Source: Candidatus Bathyarchaeota archaeon (GTDB lineage: Archaea; Thermoproteota; Bathyarchaeia; Bathyarchaeales; Bathycorpusculaceae). Taken from it: a DNA stretch of 64,000 bases. The notes beneath the pieces are model-generated. The model searched no databases. It saw only the letters and a program-made list of their open reading frames with translations, and had not been told where the DNA came from. A program made the position numbers and the translations under genes. Positions 60,770-64,000 of the stretch are shown here, piece by piece (position 1 is the first letter of the stretch; each line of letters starts with the position of its first letter). The stretch lies in assembly GCA_963806535.1 (NCBI GenBank), contig CAWDYC010000005.1:320001-384000 (forward strand), read 5' to 3'.

Positions 60770-61756
60770 TTGATTGTTAGCAAAACCCCTCTAAGATTAA
60801 CTTTAGGCGGAGGAGGAACAGATTTACCTTCATACAGCAATGAGTATGGAGGATTCGTTGTTACTTCAGCCATCGACAAGTACATTTATTTGATTGTCAA
60901 TCGTCGGTTTGAAGAACCCGTCAGGGCAAGCTATTCAATAACCGAAATTACTTCTCCAGTTGACAACATCAAGCATCCTGTTATCAGAGAATCGCTTAAA
61001 GCTTCTCAGTTTAAAAAGCAACTTGGAGATTATTTCCATAGCTGAGGTTCCTTCGAGAACTGGGTTGGGATCATCAAGTTGTTTCACTGTAGGGCTTTTG
61101 CATGCTCTTCACACGTATAAAGACGAGTTTTTGTCTAGGCAAACGCTTGCAGAAGAAGCTTGTGCCGTGCAGATGGATATTTTGAAGGAGCCCTGTGGTT
61201 ATCAAGACACGTTTATCGCTGCTTTTGGCGGCTTCGTTTGCCTAAACATTCAGAAGAACGGTCATGTCGAAGTTACACATTTGAATATTCCTGAGGATAC
61301 CGTGCGAGATCTTGAGAATAATTTGCTTTTCTTCTATACAGGCATTGAGCGTAGTGCAGCGGTTGTTTTGGCAGGATCAATGCAATAATGTGACTCAGAA
61401 CAGGTTTAAGGCTCTTGACGCCATGCATGAAATCAAAGAAATTGGCTATAAAGTTAAGAAATGCGTTGGAGGATGGAGATATTTCGGAGTTTGGTCGATT
61501 GCAGGATGAGCATTGGCAAGTTAAGAAGGCAACTTCGGGCGCTATTTCTAATGGTTTGATTGATCGTTGGTATCAGGTTGGGTTTGAAAATGGCGCTTTA
61601 GGCGGCAAAGTGATGGGTGCAGGTGGCGGAGGCTTTCTGATGTTTTACTGCGAAAGCGGTAAAGATAAGATTCGAAAGGCCATGGCTAAAGAAGGTTTGC
61701 GGGAAATCTCATTTAATTTTGAACCTCATGGTTCAATGATTTCGCTTCATGTTTAG
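60770..61756 (+). CDS. hddA: GHMP kinase, heptose-7-phosphate kinase HddA-like (frameshifted)
   Basis: KTPLRLTLGGGGTDLP, PSRTGLGSSS, GYQD..IAAFGG, GAGGGGF over 3-4 ORF pieces. Confidence 0.8.
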
Positions 61757-61764
61757 GTGATTAT

Positions 61765-62375
61765 ATGAATAAAGAAAAATTTGTTAAAGATTATCTTGTG
61801 GAATTGGAAGCCGTTACAAAACGGGTTTCACAAGAAGATATTTGTTCTGTGATGACTTTGCTGTTTGAGGCTTGGAAGAGCAACAAGCAGGTTTTCATTG
61901 CTGGCAATGGCGGTTCCGCATCTACTGCGACGCATTTAACTTGTGACTTAGCAAAATTTACTGCTGTTGGGGACAAGCGGCGATTTAGAGCTATTTGTTT
62001 AAACGACAACATCCCCCTTGGTTTCAGCACTTACCAACGATTTAGGATGGGACAGCGTTTACTATGAACAATTACGCAACCTCATGAACCCAGGCGATTA
62101 CTTGGTAGTTCTTAGCGTTCATGGCGGTTCTGGCGCCGACAAAGCTGGCGTTTGGTCTCAGAATATTTTGAAAGCAGCAAAATTTGTTCATGATAACGGC
62201 GGCAAAGTTATTGGGTTCTCAGGCTTTGACGGCGGCGCTTTGAAAGAGGTTGCTGATGCTTGTATTGTTGCCCCAGTGAACTCTACACCTCAAGTTGAAG
62301 GGTTTCATGCAGTGTTTAACTCATATGCTATGTGATGGATTGCGTAAAGCAATTATTGAAGGTGACATGGTTTGA
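61765..62375 (+). CDS. gmhA: SIS-domain phosphoheptose isomerase GmhA-like (frameshifted)
   Basis: GNGGSASTATH, SALTND.GW, PQVEGFH. Confidence 0.78.
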
Positions 62376-62515
62376 AGCGCATTATTGTTTGGGTTGACAC
62401 TTCCGATTCAGATGCAGCGTATGTCGAGAAACGGCTTCGAGAATACTTAGCAAAAGCAGGCGTTCGCTACACCATGTTTGAAGCTACTGAAGTAATGGAA
62501 ACAGATGATCAATGA
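62372..62515 (+). CDS. Small hypothetical protein (47 aa), translationally coupled in operon
   Basis: TTGA and ATGA overlaps with both neighbours; MKRIIVWVDTSDSDAAYVEKRLREYLAKAGVRYTMFEATEVMETDDQ. Confidence 0.5.
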   Translation: MKRIIVWVDTSDSDAAYVEKRLREYLAKAGVRYTMFEATEVMETDDQ

Positions 62516-63189
62516 CTGACGCAGTTTTCTTAGACCGAGACGGCGTAATTAATCAACTTGTTTTCTACCCCGATTTAGGGCTAATAGATTCTCCTCTAAA
62601 TCCTGCGGAGTTCAAGTTGATGCCAGGTGCGGCTGAAGCAATTAAAACGTTTAATCGTTTGGGTTTGAAAGTTATTGTGGTTTCTAATCAGCCAGGTATT
62701 GCTAAGGGTAAGATGTCTGAGGAATTGTTTGAAGAGATTCGCCAGAAAATGAAGAATTTACTTGCGAAAGAATGGCGCACATGTTGACGGTGAATATTAT
62801 TGTTTTCATCATCCTGAAGCTAAAAGAGTTGAGTTTAAAGTTAAATGTCACTGTCGCAAACCGCAGCCTGGATTAATCTTGAAAGCGGCAAAAGAGCTTG
62901 GTGTGAAAACTTCCAAGTCTTATATGATTGGGGACGGCTGTAACGGATATTAAAGCAGGGCAAGCTGTCGGATGCAAATCAATTTTGATTGGCGCAGATA
63001 AAATGTGACTTATGCAGGCTTATGGAAACTATGGCGGTTAAGCCAGATATTATTGCGTCTAGTCTGCTTGATGCTTCTAAAATTATTGAAAAAGAAATGA
63101 CTGAAAATAGGGAAATATTTGTTGATACAATAAATGTTAAAGAAATAGAAGAAAAAAATGAAGAAAAAATTAGACAGGAGTTAGTTTAG
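62512..63189 (+). CDS. gmhB: HAD heptose-bisphosphate phosphatase GmhB-like (frameshifted)
   Basis: AVFLDRDGVIN, VSNQPG, YCFHHP...CHCRKPQPG, MIGD. Confidence 0.82.
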
Positions 63190-63869
63190 ATGGTTGAATT
63201 CTTTATAGACACAGCAAATGTAAAAGAAATAAAAGAAATCCTCCCCTGGGGCATCCTAAGCGGAGTAACCACCAATCAGAAAATCTTTTCCTGTGAGAAA
63301 GGAATAAACTTCAAAGACCGAGTAAAAGAAATCCTCTCAGTAATCGATGCACCGCTTAGCATAGAGGTCACAAAAACCAACGAAAGCGACGAGGCAATGA
63401 TTGCTGAGGCAAAGGAATATTCAAGTTGGAACCCCAAAAACATTGTCATAAAAATCCCCATGTTTGGCAACGGACGAGGGCTCGTACTTGCTAAGCAAGC
63501 TTCACAAAGAAAAAATCAAGACAAACGTCACCTGCCTCATCACCACTAACCAAGTTGTTTTGGCAGCCCTTTCAGGTGCAACGTACGCAAGCATATTCTA
63601 TTGCCGAGTCCGAGACTGCAGGCGGCGACCCAGTCAAAGTTATTCAGGATTCTAAACGCATAATAGAGGAAAGCGGTTTAAAAACCAAAATCATCGTTGG
63701 CAGCATACGAAAACCTGAAGATGTGGCTGAAGCAGCAGCGGCAGGAGCACACATCATAACCATTACGCCCAAAGTTCTTTTGCAGATGCCGTTTCACCAG
63801 AAAACTGAGGATACCATCAAAGAGTTCGACCAAGCATGGCTCGAATTCAAAGCTTCATGTAAAGAATAA
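63190..63869 (+). CDS. tal: Transaldolase / FSA family (frameshifted)
   Basis: FFIDTAN, GVTTN, VIKIP, NVT, GSIR, GAHIIT, HQKT...F..W. Confidence 0.82.
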
Positions 63870-64000
63870 GACGAGCGGTTCTGTTGACTAAAAATAGTCG
63901 TTTAACCAAAAGATGTTTAAGTCATTCAGCACTAGAGTAATGCAGGCTTAAAAGTTGGAAAAAGAGATTGTCGTACAAAAACAAAGTGAGATTATTGTTA

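Overview
Archaeal genomic window. A Bathyarchaeia/TACK-like origin is inferred from GAGGTGA ribosome-binding sites, TATA promoters, a type II Map, DUF1512, Cren7-like small proteins and the style of the tyrosine-recombinase relic. (1) 1-15.4 kb: an AT-rich gas-vesicle (gvp) island containing 2x identical gvpA, a GvpC-like 33-aa-repeat protein, gvpN/O/F/G/J/K/L/M-like genes and GvpE-like regulators. It is interleaved with a dedicated proteostasis set: Cdc48, a Phr/HSR1-type regulator, Hsp20-like proteins, a GvpF/L-J-domain fusion and DnaK. It ends at tRNA-Arg(TCG) and an integrase relic. (2) 16-33 kb: an efflux/regulator patchwork (2 DrrAB-type ABC systems, 2 MFS paralogs, PadR/MarR/HTH-10 regulators with duplicated operators, two tRNA 3'-end fragments). 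(3) 33.7-46 kb: tRNA-Ile, a lone 5S rRNA and housekeeping genes (map, trpS, DUF1512, 3 nucleotidyltransferase paralogs), bracketed by inverted copies of a modular non-coding element built from 10-bp-phased repeat arrays. (4) 46-64 kb: small proteins, CDGSH/thioredoxin, signalling genes, an S53 protease and a heptose (hddA-gmhA-gmhB-tal) operon. Many genes, including the essential trpS, carry single-base frameshifts, which are most likely long-read indel errors. All family calls come from motif recognition by eye; no database searches were run.
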